From Rozella allomycis CSF55 (Eukaryota), in contig KE560603.1 in assembly GCA_000442015.1 (NCBI GenBank), forward strand, positions 1 to 52,385: a DNA stretch of 52,385 nucleotides, written 5' to 3'. Under the pieces are notes generated by a model. The model was not told where the DNA came from. It saw nothing but the letters and a program-made list of their open reading frames with translations, and did no database searches. Every line of letters starts with the position of its first letter. Position 1 is the first letter of the stretch. The translations under genes were made by a program, and so were the position numbers. This document shows positions 38,817 to 51,211 of this stretch, piece by piece.

Positions 38817-40943
38817 ATGATTTCTGTGCATGATTCGTTAAGATTGTAAGAGCGAAAATTACAGGAAACAAGGTATATTAATTCAGAAACCATAACACTT
38901 GAGCCAGTGTATGATGATCCCCGAGCTCCAAGCGAGTCATTAACGTTTTTCAGAGAGTCTGGAAGATTTCAAATAAATGGTATTATGTTTATCAATAAAT
39001 TATAGCGCCTGCATTACACTTAGATCAAAGAGAGACAATAAAAACAGTGTTCGGCATACTCGCAACCTACAGACTATTTTCTGGTAATTGATACAGCAAG
39101 TTTAAAAAAAGGTGATTATTTAGTCGTGATAAGCGAAAGAAAATTGTTAACGACTATAGAGAATCATAGAGTTTATGAAATAACCTGTGCTGAAGTGATT
39201 CGCTTGGCGAAATCTGTTTCTCACATATCTGATCAACAAAGAATGGATGAAGATGAATTTGTTGAACTTTTGAAAATGCATGTTAATAATGGAGGTATAA
39301 TCTATTCCCCAACATACGAAATTACCATGAACATGCAAGAAAGATCGAAAATTAGCAATAATAATGATCCGCTATTTAAAAAAGTAATTGAAAGGCATTT
39401 ATTGTTAGTAGATTGATGAAAGATTCTGTTGGAATTGGAATGGAATTCAACCTCTTATTCAAATGTGTGAACATGGAAGTGATGTTTCAAGGTTTATAAT
39501 TCCATGCATTCATGGCTGTAAAGAAATTAACATTTAATTTAAATAGTTGTTGAGAAAATAAAGATTAATATCCGAAATAGCGTTGTGGACTATTTTTTGA
39601 TATCTAGAAGAGGTTGGAAGAGAAGTGGTAAACGATTGTATGTTGTTTTATCAAGGGACCAGATATCATTCTAGAGGGGTTGATGAAAACGGAAATGTTT
39701 CGAACTTTATTGAAACAGAGCAAATTCTTTTCTATCAAGGCAATGTGCATTCGTTTGTTCAGGTTCGTGGCTCCATTCCACTTTATTGGGAACAACAAAT
39801 AAACATAAAATATGCACCCAAATTAAATGTTTTGCCAATTGATAAAGCCGTAGAACCCTTCAAGAAACACTTAAGTGATTTAAAGTCAAAATATGGCAAA
39901 GTGGTGTTGGTCAATTTAATTAACGGTCGAGGATATGAAGGGCCTTTGGCTGAATCTTATAGAACGTTGTATGATAGTTACGAAGATAAAAATTCGGTCA
40001 AGTAATAAAACACAGTTCACTTTGTTAGATACATCCACTTTGATTTCAACAAAGAATGTGGAAAGCTGCGATGGGACCGATTGTCTGAATTAGATGAAAA
40101 GTTGATAGAATATTACAATTCTTTCAAGTAAATTTGATGTATATTCTTCATTAGATGGTTCGCTAAAAATGAAAACAAAGTTGTCCAAAATCAATCAGGA
40201 ATCATTAGATCCAATTGCATTGATTGCTTGGATAGAACTAATGTAGTTCAAAGCATTATTGCAAAGTCAATGTTGAATAATATTTTGAAAGAATTGAAGT
40301 TGATAGAGAAAAATGATTCAATTGATAACTACAGTGACATTTTGTGTTCTTTCAGAAATAGTAATTCAATACTTTTCAAAGTTAGAAGTCTGGGCTGACC
40401 ACGCCGATGTTTGTAGCTTCCATTACTCTGGGACTGGAGCATTGAAAACGGACTTTACAAGAACTGGCTCACGAACCGTCATAGGAAATTGGAATGATTT
40501 CACTAATTCAATTACTCGTTACGTCAAAAATAATTATTTGGATGGAGTCCGCCAAGTAAGGTTTCCTATTTATTTCAACAACATAGGACTCCATTGACTT
40601 CTTTCTTGGGAAATACAAGGTCAATCATATGGTCCCTTCACCGTTTCTCAAAGATAAAACGCCCAAACCATATATAGTAATGCACAATTATTAGGTAAAA
40701 TAGAATATTGTGGTTCTTTTCCTGGCATTCCTATGCATCATGTATCAGCTTTTGATATCAAGCAATCCTGCATTCATGAAACTCATATTTATAGCTATTT
40801 TTATTTTTATTTTAAACAACACTTTCAAAAGTATTATGCGAGACAGTCATGACTATGTTAATTTCCCCAGACTAGTACCACTGCGTTATCGTTTAGATTC
40901 CTTATTTGAAAATGAAGCCAAATCATATTTAAAATATAAATAA
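38817..40943 (+). CDS. SAC1: Sac1 phosphoinositide phosphatase
   Basis: GTRYHSRGVDENGNVSNFIETEQ, QVRGSIPLYW, catalytic RSNCIDCLDRTNVVQS, YSGTGALKTDFTRTG and two C-terminal TM helices. About 11 short introns. Confidence 0.93.
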
Positions 40944-41012
40944 AAATGTAAAAGATTATTATTCCCTTTATCTGTCTAAAAGAGTTTTGGCGTATTTGAA
41001 ATTTGACAATTC

Positions 41013-41626
41013 ATGACTTTCCAAATACGACAGGTTTTCAAGCGTTGCTATTCCAATAAGGGCGCTGCCGCGATTCAAATAGAAACATTGAAAAGAAAAC
41101 TCCAACTGAATACTGAAGAAGGAGGTCAAAGGCTAATTGAAGCGACTAAAGCTGCACAGGAGGCATGTCAAAGAGCTACACCACATGAGCACGTTCACAG
41201 AGTCTTTCTCAATTGTTTCATTAAAGACGGTCAATTCCCCACCGAGGAGTTTATTAATATTAACCGAGCCCTCAAAATGAAATACCAAGTAAATCCTACA
41301 AACCCTTTTGCATTAGGTTGCAAATCCTATTCAATTGGCTATCGATAGTGTAAAGCCAATTGTAATGTTTAAGACTCAAAGGGGTAAGAACAATCCAATC
41401 CCCAATATATTAACATATAGAAGACAAATGTCAATAGGTACGGTAGGCCCTTACAAATATATTAGTGGCATCGTGGATCAAGGAGGCGATCTTAAAGCGA
41501 AGAAAAGGGCAAGTTAGATTAATTTCGTTTGAGCAGGCACTGATGAGTGAACTGTCAGATATATTGGATGGCACTAGTAACCTATACTCTAAGAGATATG
41601 AATGTCACAGAGGAGGGGTAGCGTAA
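41013..41626 (+). CDS. Mitochondrial ribosomal protein uS7m (Rsm7-like), divergent
   Basis: Presequence-like start (VFKRCYS). Splicing two 28-nt introns gives FLNCFIKDG...AIDSVKP...RRQMSIVASWIKEAILKR...LMSELSDILDGTSNLYSKRYECHR. Confidence 0.7.
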
Positions 41627-41653
41627 TTCGCTGCAAGATTTATTTAAATGAAT

Positions 41654-42366
41654 TTATGAATTTGAATTCCATAAAGATTGACAAAATTCCGCAGAACTTT
41701 GTGAGTTTTGAGCTGTTATCAAGTTTCCATCCTTTACGACGTGAGATTCAAATGCTGGGCCAATACGTAACTTTGCCCCGCGCACCTTCAAATCATTTTC
41801 TAAATCCAAAGTTATATATTTTCTGACATCTATAATGCAATTTTCATATATTTACCTCTCAAATCATTCTCTTGATTCGTGGCACAAGTCACTTGCTTTT
41901 CATGTACTAGAGATATCTTATTCTTATCCACAGCAGCCAACAATCCGAATACACCATGCCCGATAGCGCCAATAATTTTATTATTTGCTACAGAAGTAGA
42001 AACAAATTTTCCTAATTGCGCGTTTCCGGGGAAATCGACAGATGCGCCTAACCCGCCAACTAGTACGACAGCATCATACCCTGATCCAATACTTATTTCA
42101 TATAAAGGAATCGTCTTTCTTAGTTCATCTAACAAGTTTGAACTGCTTAAAAACTTTCTGCACACTTCATCATCATCGGCTTCTTGAATTGTAAACGGAT
42201 CCATTCCACAAGGTCCTCCCAGTACAGATGCTGGAATGAGTTTGGTATTATATCTGACCGCAAAATCATACAAATATGCCACCTCTTTCAAGTCAAACCC
42301 GGTTTTGCGTTTTTCTTTTCCACCAACACTTGTTGCGTTAGATAAAACCACTACTATCTCTTTCAT
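41654..42366 (-). CDS. DJ-1/PfpI (class I GATase-like) protein lacking the catalytic Cys; GATD1/Hsp31-like
   Basis: TGFDLKEV, YDAVVLVGGLGASVD, GAIGHG, and a second exon with HVVKDGNLITAQNSQSS. Confidence 0.82.
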
Positions 42367-42439
42367 TATAATTCCTTTGAATGCAGCCGAATATACATAT
42401 TTTTGACGTCTTTCACTAATTTCGATATTTCCATTTTGA

Positions 42440-43291
42440 ATGGCACCTACTTGGATTCCCCCCTTTAGATTTAGCTTCGTTCAAATGAATGTGTATCGTG
42501 GAGGATATCCCAAGGAACGGAATTTGCCATTTTTAAAGAAAGTAAAGTTGCTTTCTTTTGCCTAAATTTTGCTAAACATCAAAACCATTATTTCGTTGAT
42601 TCCAGATGAACCAGTCGAATACCTTCAAGAATTCGCAAACGAAAATAATATAAGAATATCTTTCATTCGGGTAGGCAAACCTAAAGATGCAATGACACTT
42701 ACACCTGATATTGTAACTTACGTGCTTCAAGTAAACCAATAAGTTTTTTAAAAAACAGTTGCTGATACACCCTGAAAATCTTCCTGTTTATCTTCACTGT
42801 GTCGATGGGAGGTTGAATACTGGGGTGATAGTAATGAGCTTGAGGAAACTCCAAGGCTGGTCTTCGTCCTCGTACATCAACGAATTCATTAGGTAAAATG
42901 ATGCTAATTAGTTCATAGAATTCTAGATGTACCTGATATAGGAATTGAAGAGAACGAATTTATGGAGAAGTATTGTCCAGAAATAGACCTCCCATTTGAT
43001 TCTCTGCCCGATTGGCTTTGGGGTGGTAAAGTTACATTTCAAAAACACCCATCTTTTAAAATAAGACATATCAATACTTTGTTAGTTGATAATTCTAATT
43101 TCAAGGAACAAAAAATGACTGAAAAAGAAGAATATCAGAAAAGAATGCAAGAATTGTTGGAAGATACTCCAAAAGAATATGCGATGTCAGATATTGAAAA
43201 TTTTTCTCAAGGTGTATTTGAAAGAGAAGATGTAACTGAGATATCAATGGCGATCCACGCATTGGACTTGGAAGGTTTGAAAAAAAATTGA
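42440..43291 (+). CDS. OCA6: Oca6-like atypical (pseudo)tyrosine phosphatase, Siw14/OCA family
   Basis: WIPPFRFSFVQMNVYRGGYPKERNLPFL, PVYLHCVDGRLNTG, LRKLQGW, PDWLWGG and a C-terminal ALDLEG. Confidence 0.8.
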
Positions 43292-43707
43292 AAATTGACA
43301 GTAAATAAAACTTTTATTGTAAATAGGATTATTGCAGTTTATTTCTATTACTCAATCTGTTTTGAATAATGAATATCACACTGTTTATCAAAGGGGAGTA
43401 CTAAAAAATAAATGCATTTGAGTAGAAAAAGACTTGCGGTAAATTTAATCATAGACAATTCCATTCCTTGGACTTTAACCGCTTGGATGAATTTTAAATG
43501 GAAATATCTTCACAGCTCTCTTTGGTATGCCGAGCGTTCAATAAACGTTGAAGTTATTTCAGAACAACACCCGTAGAAAGTAATGATGAAAATTTTGGAG
43601 ACCGTGTCAGTGTATTGATCAATAGTTTAGTTCAAACAATAATGAAGTAATTCAGGCACATAAGAAAAAGCGATATTGTTAAAAAGACTATTGATAGCAA
43701 TGGTTTA

Positions 43708-44140
43708 GAAGTTGGGGCATCTTATCACTGTCCGATATATTTCCAATACCAGAGAATGGAATGCTTTTAACTAATTCATCAAAGCTCAAACTTGAGTTAA
43801 ATTTTGAAACATATTCTATAAATATAACAAGAAAACAAGAAAATTATTAACGTTACATGAATGTAAGAGCTTGCCGTTCATAATTTATGCAATAGAGTAG
43901 ATANGGAAGTTGGGGCATCTTATCACTGTCCGATTTATTTCCAATAACAGAGAATGGGATGCTTTTAACTAATTCATCAAGGCTCACAGTTGAGTACTGT
44001 TTCATTCAAGGGTGTTAAATTGATACATATTCTATAAATATAGCAAGAAAACAAGAAAATTATTAACGTGTACATGAATGTAAGAGCTTGCCGTTCATAA
44101 TTTATGCAATAGTCTCTATCAGTTTACAATAGAGTAGATA
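43708..44140. repeat. ~200-bp imperfect direct duplication flanking an N (probably haplotype duplication)
   Basis: 43708-43903 and 43906-44140 are near-identical apart from SNPs and two ~20-nt indels, with n at 43904. Confidence 0.8.
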
Positions 44141-44308
44141 CATTAATAATTAACTAGTAATTGCAGCGAAAGAGTTTTTGTAAAGCATTTTCATTTTACT
44201 TCTTATATATGACAATGATATACACAAGGTCGAACCACACCAGATTTGCAATCCTTTTTATGACACTTTATTTCTATTCTTAACCAAAATTCGTAACTAG
44301 GCGACTGA

Positions 44309-45595
44309 ATGGAGAGTTTGGCATTGTCGCTCTTCATAGCTGGAATATTCTACCAAGTAATACGAATATGTATTTTCGCTGTATTTTACAGGCGTAAAAA
44401 AGATCCTATTATACAGAAACGACATCCGGAACTAATAGCCGTAACGTTTGTTTGCGATGTAATTTGTTCATATGCGATAGTAATCGGCTTGGACGCTCCT
44501 TCCCCTTATGTACCGTGCGTAATTCGCTTAATAATGGTTGGTTTAACGGGTCCCTTGTGGATTTTCAGTTACTTTTTGAGAAGTGTTCATCTTGTGTATA
44601 CTTACTACATTAATCAAGCAAGGCTGAAGCTAAATACAGAAAACTCGCCATTAAGATTGAATCAAATAGAAATTTTTATTTTTAGGCTGTTTGCTGAAAG
44701 AAGGGAGTTGAAAACAACTACAACAAAATCAATTATCCCCGAGAGTCAAGTGTCTAATCCAGAAATGGCAGTGAACGCTAAGAATTCTTCTGGAATATCA
44801 ATTCAAGTACTTAGAAAGATATTGCTAAATTTTATTATCATTCAATTTATCGTTACAATCATTGCTATCGCTGTTAACTCGACTAATTTGTCATCATCAT
44901 GTGCTTCTCCCATGGTATTCTTACCTACATTAGTATTAATCGTTTTAATTCTAGTAGGGATACCATTTTTTCTGTATCTAATAAGAAATACGAAAGATAG
45001 GCTCTGGGTAAGAGGTGAAATAGTTATGTCTATGACCGCGTTTGGTATCATTTATGTTATATATCTTCTATCTTCTCTTCTCTCTTCTCTTCGCTTTCTT
45101 AGGCTTCCTGGAGGCACTGGTACATGGGTTGTTATTGCATCAATTCTTACTTTCTGTATTACTGTTGTCACTCCACTATACTTATCATTCTTTCCACAGA
45201 AAATATCCACTTCACGCGATACTGATATTTCTTTTGATAAAGTCCTTGAAAATCCCGAATACTTTGAAATGTTGAAAATTGAATTGGCTGGCTCTTTTTG
45301 CATGGAAAATGGACTTTATTGGGAAGCGTACAAAAAGCTGAAATCGGAATATGTTCCTGAAAAAATTAAAAAGCAATGTTGGTATATACAAAAACATTTT
45401 ATCGAAACTGATAGTCCATATCAATTAAACCTCCCAGCTGATGTGATTGGAAAAGTCACGAAAAATATGCAAGAATCCAAATTCTCTGAAGAAACATTTG
45501 CACCGGTAACAAAAGAAGTTTACAATATGATGGCTATGAATACATATCCATTATTTTTGCAAAAATATAGAAAGGAAATTGAAAATCATATATGA
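44309..45595 (+). CDS. Seven-transmembrane RGS-domain protein (GprK/AtRGS1-like architecture)
   Basis: Seven hydrophobic segments followed by an RGS box (FDKVLENP...FCMENGLYW...FIETDSPYQLNL...YNMMAMNTYPLFL). Intronless. Confidence 0.85.
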   Translation: MESLALSLFIAGIFYQVIRICIFAVFYRRKKDPIIQKRHPELIAVTFVCDVICSYAIVIGLDAPSPYVPCVIRLIMVGLTGPLWIFSYFLRSVHLVYTYYINQARLKLNTENSPLRLNQIEIFIFRLFAERRELKTTTTKSIIPESQVSNPEMAVNAKNSSGISIQVLRKILLNFIIIQFIVTIIAIAVNSTNLSSSCASPMVFLPTLVLIVLILVGIPFFLYLIRNTKDRLWVRGEIVMSMTAFGIIYVIYLLSSLLSSLRFLRLPGGTGTWVVIASILTFCITVVTPLYLSFFPQKISTSRDTDISFDKVLENPEYFEMLKIELAGSFCMENGLYWEAYKKLKSEYVPEKIKKQCWYIQKHFIETDSPYQLNLPADVIGKVTKNMQESKFSEETFAPVTKEVYNMMAMNTYPLFLQKYRKEIENHI

Positions 45596-45848
45596 GATCG
45601 CAAAATTGTTGCTTAATTAAATAAATACAGGTTCTATTATTTGAAATTTTAAACATTATTCAGCAAATGCATGCTACAGTTATCAACGCGTGTTAATATG
45701 TAATTTATAACCTGGCAGGATGTTAAACTATACATTGAGCTATAATAATGTTATATAACTTCGAAAGGTAATTGTTTACCTTATTCATTGGTAAACAAAC
45801 TTTGATTAAACCAATCCGTAAAGTTTAAAACATTGAAACCTAAGAAAA

Positions 45849-46752
45849 ATGCATGAATACTCTAACTTACGCCGAAATTCATTACCGATTATACCCGATT
45901 GTTTACGAAACGACCAAGAGATTTCAAGGCCAAGCCCACAAGACCCAAAATTACAAGCCGCCAACCACGTTGTTGAATCAACACAATCGCAATTCTGTGA
46001 CACTTGTGATCTTGCGACTAGTGTATTTTCAAGGAAAAACGAAAAAGAAGGAAAGAAGTTTAAAAAGCTAATTGCTTCCAATTCTCCTCCGTGTTGTTTA
46101 AAATGCTACCCTTTGATTAGGATAATGAAACAAAATGCATACATAGTTGCAGAAATTGAAGCGGAAATAGAAGACGTAAGAAACAAGACTCGGGGAGGAG
46201 AAGTTAGGAATACAACGATAAGTAGGTTTTGTAAATTCCATGAAAATAGAGCGCTATGCATCTTTGATACTAAGTATGTGGGAGCCACAACTGGAGAAAT
46301 GTCCAGAATCTATTCATAATCTTTGTTCCTTCATGAAATGTATGGTATCAAAATTTAAGAGCTGCTTCATTACGCTTACACATACAATTTTATTGCTTCT
46401 TAGACTAAAAATGATTGACCCAGAATACGATTACATGGATGGATGTTCTCAACGTCTCTTTTTTATAATTCATGTTATATCTATAAAATACTTAATTTTC
46501 CCCTTTCACACGCCTCAATTCTTTGCGTCCTTCGATTTGTTCACCAGGGAAGAAATAGTTGAGATGGAAAAAGATCTTCTCGTGGCTCTGAATTTTAGAA
46601 TCAGTGTTTCATTTTCTGAATTATCGCAATTCTTGATTTCATTCTTTATTTCAGATTGCCTTGTTCCTGACTCGAGCCCAATTTTGGACGATGTTTTTGA
46701 ATTTGCATTACGAAGAACATGTACTTCTGAGGATTCAGTAGTTCCACAATAA
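45849..46752 (+). CDS. Pho80/Clg1-like cyclin-fold protein
   Basis: A 28-nt intron (gtagg...aatag) joins the two ORFs. LLLLRLK...GCSQRLFFIIHVISIKYL...EIVEMEKDLLVALNFRISV. Confidence 0.7.
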
Positions 46753-46787
46753 AAAATAGAGTAGATTATTCTTTAAATATGTTAAAT

Positions 46788-47627
46788 TTATTGATATTCA
46801 GCAAAAAGTATTTTCTTTTGCCAGGCCAGTGACCTTGGAGCTGGATGAGCCAAGGGCTTTGGTGATTGAACCGAATTATTTTTTAAATTATTTAGATTCC
46901 TGATGACAAAAATTAAATATAATTACGCATGCGTAATTGATCCATGAATTAATGAAGACACAGACAATAGGTGCAATGGATCCAGATTTCCTTTAGCTTC
47001 TTCAAGTAACTGGTCGAGTTCATATGCAGTCAATATTCTGTTCTCATGATTGTTTGAAACGGTAGCATTTTCATCGTTAGATATACTGAAACTAATTGTT
47101 GACATTAGTGGATGGGTTGATTGCGCGACTAATTTCCGTTGTTTTCTTAAAGATTTTTGCATCATTGAATTCCAATGATTTTTAATGGCATTGTCAGTTC
47201 TTTGGTAAAACTACATGGTGATTATACCTTCCAGGCATGTAAGAGGCAATCTCAGCCCATCGGTTACCTAGCCTTTGATGTAAGTTAATTAATAATTCTT
47301 CTTCCTCGGTTGTAAATGGTCCTATAAATAAATAAAGTCGGTTTTGTGTACCCTTTTTTATCTTAGGATCTAAATGATTATGCCATCGTTCGCGGCACTG
47401 TTTCCCGTTGCGATAACCAAAAGCCATTGATATTTTATTCCAATGCCTGGGACCATATTTATGTACCAATTCAGTTAAGAGGTCATCTTCCTTGATTGTT
47501 TGTTATGAAACGGGATTACCGTTGCGGTCCAGGATCCTTTGACGGATCTGTTTTTAATATCTTTTCCATCGATTAACACGTTGTAATTGACTAGATTAGA
47601 TGGTGTTCTGGGTGGACTTATTGTCAT
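46788..47627 (-). CDS. Myb-family transcription factor (two Myb repeats)
   Basis: KGSWTATEDDLL...YGPRHWNKI...GKQCRERWHNHLDPKIKKGPFTTEEE...[25 protein letters not shown]. Confidence 0.88.
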
Positions 47628-47774
47628 CGGAGTTGATGTTGTTATTACAAGGGATTTATTATTTGTTTATAAAATTAATGGGGACAGCGTATCTTGATTT
47701 GGTGTAATTGTTGTAAAAATGAGTTGTGAAACGTGACATTTGTAACTTGAAATTTCACAAATAAAAATTTGGAC

Positions 47775-50161
47775 ATGGCACCAAAGAAAGGCAACAAAGA
47801 AGCGGCCCAAGTTGCCGATAATAATGAAATTAGACAAGCAGTAGTTATTGCGGATACCTTTGATACGATGTTCATGCCTTTAACGCTACATAGACCTAGA
47901 GTAACTTGTTGTGGAGGTTTGGAATAGTGTTTGATGCCATTATGTAATGTACCAATAATCGAATATACTCTTGAAGCACTTTCCAGTGCTGGAATACAGG
48001 AAATATTTATTTATTGTAGATCGCACATAGAAATGATAAAGTCATACTTACAGTAAAAAGGTTTTTGCGAACGAGACAGGTCGTCAAAATGGAGTCAACA
48101 AAATGCAATAAAAATCGACATCCTCATCTCAAATAGACTGCGCTCTGTTGGGGATGCTTTAAGAGATTTGGTAAGTTGATAAAATGGAAAGACAAAAGGA
48201 TTCTAGAGGGTTAATAATTGCAGATAAAAATCCATTTTTATTAGTTCATGGCGACCTTGTAACAAACTTACAGCTAGGAAAAATATTTGATGAGGAAAGG
48301 TAATAAGTCTTAATGGAAGAAATGAAGTGCCAAGATGAAAAAGGACCCCAATTGCATAATGACTATGATAACCATCCCAGCATTGTCTACGCATCCTTTA
48401 AGATCCTTTAATGATTCGGCAGTGTTTGGATACGATTCAAAATCCAATCACTTGATTTTTTACGAGCCCATTAAAATGAACACAAAGAGAATCACATTTA
48501 ATGGTGAATCTTTGGCTAAACACCCATCTTGTAGAGTTAGATTTGATTTACTTGATTGTCAAATTGATATTTGTTCAAACGAAGTAAATGTATAGTAAAA
48601 TTAGTAAATAAGGTTTTGGCTCTTTTGACTGAAAATTTTGATTATGGGGATATTAGAAAGGATTTTGTCCGGGGTGTTCTTCATTCAGAAATTCTTGGAC
48701 ATTCAATTGCGATCCACATTGCAGAAGAAGGATATGCTACAAGAGTTCGTTCTAGCAGACTTTATGATTCTATCAGGTAATGTTATTGATTAGTTTTGAT
48801 GTAGCCGTGATTTAATTCAGCGATGGGCCTTTCCTGTTGTACCGGATTTGAATCTATTTGGGAAAACCTCTTATTCATTTAAAAGACCATTTGTTTATCT
48901 TGAAAATGATATTTTTCTAGCAAGGTAAATATAGTTAATCGATTGTAACAAGAACTAGTGTAGTGCAGCGTGGGTCGATGATTGGTTCAGGTACTCGTCT
49001 TGGAGAAGAAACTGTTATAAAAGAATCTGTTCTTGGCAGAAATTGTATGATTGATAGAAATTGCAGCTTGAATTCAAGTTATTTGTTAGAAAATATTCAA
49101 GTTGGAAAATTTTGTTCAATTGAAAGTTCGATAATTGGTTCCAACGTTATAATTAAAGATAATGTTACAATATCACGCGGTTGTTTGATTGGAGATAATG
49201 TTATTCTTGGGGCAGGGGTTACGCTAGCCCCATTTACGAAAATTTCAAGTATCCCGATTAAAGATTTAAATGAAGAATTTGTAAGCATGAAAATAACTGA
49301 CCAGTATTCTTAGTATTTCTTTTAATAAAGTTTTGATGAAAATAGTTTTGATCAAGAAATTGTTGGATTAGACGGGAAAGGATTTTCATGGGAAAAAGAT
49401 TCTTCAATTAAAGAAGACTCTGAAGCTGGAAGCATTGAAGATGAAGAAGTTAATTTTAATTCGATTGGATTCGAATCTACAAAGAAAGTTGAAGAAAGTG
49501 ATTCAGAAACTGAAGATGAATTTTACGATGATGACGATGATTTTGAAGAAGGTATCTTTTACAAAATAATCTCATCAAAGATGTTATAAAATCATTTAAA
49601 AATAAAATACAAGATCTAATTAAGATCGCTATTGAGAATGGGCATGATCCACAGCACGTGGCTGTTGAATTGCAAGCATGTAAATTGGCAACTGACGCAA
49701 AGCAAAATCAACTTTTAACATCGTTTTATGATTGTCTAGACGCCATAATATTCACTCTTGTTCAGCTGATTGATGTTAATCCACAGCCAAGTGCTTTATC
49801 TTCTTCTGTGAAGTCTATTTTCTCAAAATGGGCACCATTAATTATTCGATTCACTGCTTCTGCTTCTGACTCCCACAGTCTTATCGACATTATCATGGTA
49901 TCGCATATATTTTTTCCAAATATTTAGAAACATTTCAATGATAGGAAACTAATAAAGTCGTTCTGGATCGCTATTTACACTTTATACGAAAATGACGCTT
50001 TGAATGAAAATATTGTTCTTGAATGGTACAATGATGATAAATGGAGCCATGTGGATGCTTCCGCTGTAGCGGCAAGAAATGAACTGTCCAAGTTTGTTGA
50101 TTGGCTAGAAAACGCTTCCGAGGAAGAATCTGAAGATGACGATGACGATGACGATGAATAA
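47775..50161 (+). CDS. GCD6: Translation initiation factor eIF2B epsilon subunit
   Basis: QAVVIADTF...PLT..RPRCLMPLCNVPIIEYTLE, DLLDCQIDICS, the ENFDY motif, a hexapeptide-repeat (LbH) region and a W2 domain ending FVDWLENASEEE. Confidence 0.92.
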
Positions 50162-50196
50162 ATTAAATTTACATCCTTTACTTTGCATATTTATTT

Positions 50197-50210
50197 GTTT
50201 CCTTGACAAC
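50197..50210 (+). promoter_or_regulatory. RFX X-box-like motif GTTTCCTTGACAAC
   Basis: Close match to GTTNCCATGGCAAC, ending 6 nt before the ATG of the CCDC34-like gene. Confidence 0.45.
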
Positions 50211-50216
50211 CCTGAC

Positions 50217-51176
50217 ATGCCTACAATTTCAGACGACAACTTTTTTGCAGACGACGAAAGTACTATTTGTTCCACCACCGATTCATTAAGAGATACCGTT
50301 AATTATTTCAAAGCCAACTATCCAACACATGTAGAAATAGTTCAATCAAAAAACGGCAAAGGTAGATCCAAAAAATCAGTGTCATTGAACAGTTTCGCCA
50401 AAATAGAAGAATTAGCAAAGGCAGACATTGAAAATACTCAAAATGCTTATAACAGTTTTCTACAAAGACACCATAGCAAAAAACCTGTACCAATAGAGTC
50501 ATTCGCTATAGAAAAATCACAAAAACATAATAATTCGATTAAAAGAAATGGAAATGAACCAATCTCAGAAAATTTATCTAATGCCTTAAGCCAATTGTCT
50601 CTCGACCAAAAAGAAGCAACTCAGGAAGAATGGTTACGTAAAAAGGCTAAAGAGCTAGCCAGAAAGAAATTCGCAGAGAGAAAAAAAGCAAAATTAGAAC
50701 AACAGTCTACAGAAAATAATTTAAAAAAGAGAAAAGAACAATGCGATAAATCCTTCTCCCAATGGCTTGAAAAGAAAAATAAATCAGGATACATTGATCC
50801 AGTTAATACTTTCGCAGTTCACAAGAAGGATTGGATAAGTGAACGCTCAAAAACAGATAAACTGAAAAAAGAAAAATGTGCCGCGAACAATGTGATTGAG
50901 GCAATGCGAAAATATTCAACTGGTGGTTTGAATGCATTAACCTTTATCAATAAAACGAAGAGTATCACGAAAACAAAGTTTACAAGGAAAGAAAGATCTC
51001 GAAAAGAATTCAATGAGTCTTGTATTGTTGACACGGACTCACCTATTTGCCCCCCTAGTCTTTGGCGTGATAGACAAAGACTGACTACCCAACTGCCAGA
51101 ATATTGCAAAAAATACCCTTATCTTGTTCCAAATGCGAATTGCGATAATTATGTTCCTATAAATAAAAGTGGCTGA
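50217..51176 (+). CDS. Coiled-coil protein, possibly CCDC34-like (microtubule/ciliary)
   Basis: Intronless ORF with EEWLRKK and FSQWLEKK Trp repeats in a K/E-rich helix. True start is probably 50217, because the ORF-track start overlaps the GCD6 tail. Confidence 0.55.
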   Translation: MPTISDDNFFADDESTICSTTDSLRDTVNYFKANYPTHVEIVQSKNGKGRSKKSVSLNSFAKIEELAKADIENTQNAYNSFLQRHHSKKPVPIESFAIEKSQKHNNSIKRNGNEPISENLSNALSQLSLDQKEATQEEWLRKKAKELARKKFAERKKAKLEQQSTENNLKKRKEQCDKSFSQWLEKKNKSGYIDPVNTFAVHKKDWISERSKTDKLKKEKCAANNVIEAMRKYSTGGLNALTFINKTKSITKTKFTRKERSRKEFNESCIVDTDSPICPPSLWRDRQRLTTQLPEYCKKYPYLVPNANCDNYVPINKSG

Positions 51177-51211
51177 ATTTAGGATATTTCTAATTTACAG
51201 GTTTACTGGAT

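Noticed and set aside
41602-41826. ORF-track 74-aa ORF on the + strand
   Set aside because: It is antisense to the last exon of the DJ-1/PfpI gene.
42797-42826. Degenerate phosphatase motif HCVDGRLNTG as a novelty
   Set aside because: Loss of the catalytic Arg is typical of Oca6-type proteins.
43708-44140. Direct repeat as LTRs or a real tandem duplication
   Set aside because: The copies abut a single N and have no TG..CA ends or TSD. The pattern matches 3143-3453, so a haplotype/scaffolding artefact is most likely.
50136-50216. N-terminal extension MTMTMTM of the coiled-coil ORF
   Set aside because: It is an out-of-frame reading of the GCD6 poly-Asp tail plus intergenic DNA.
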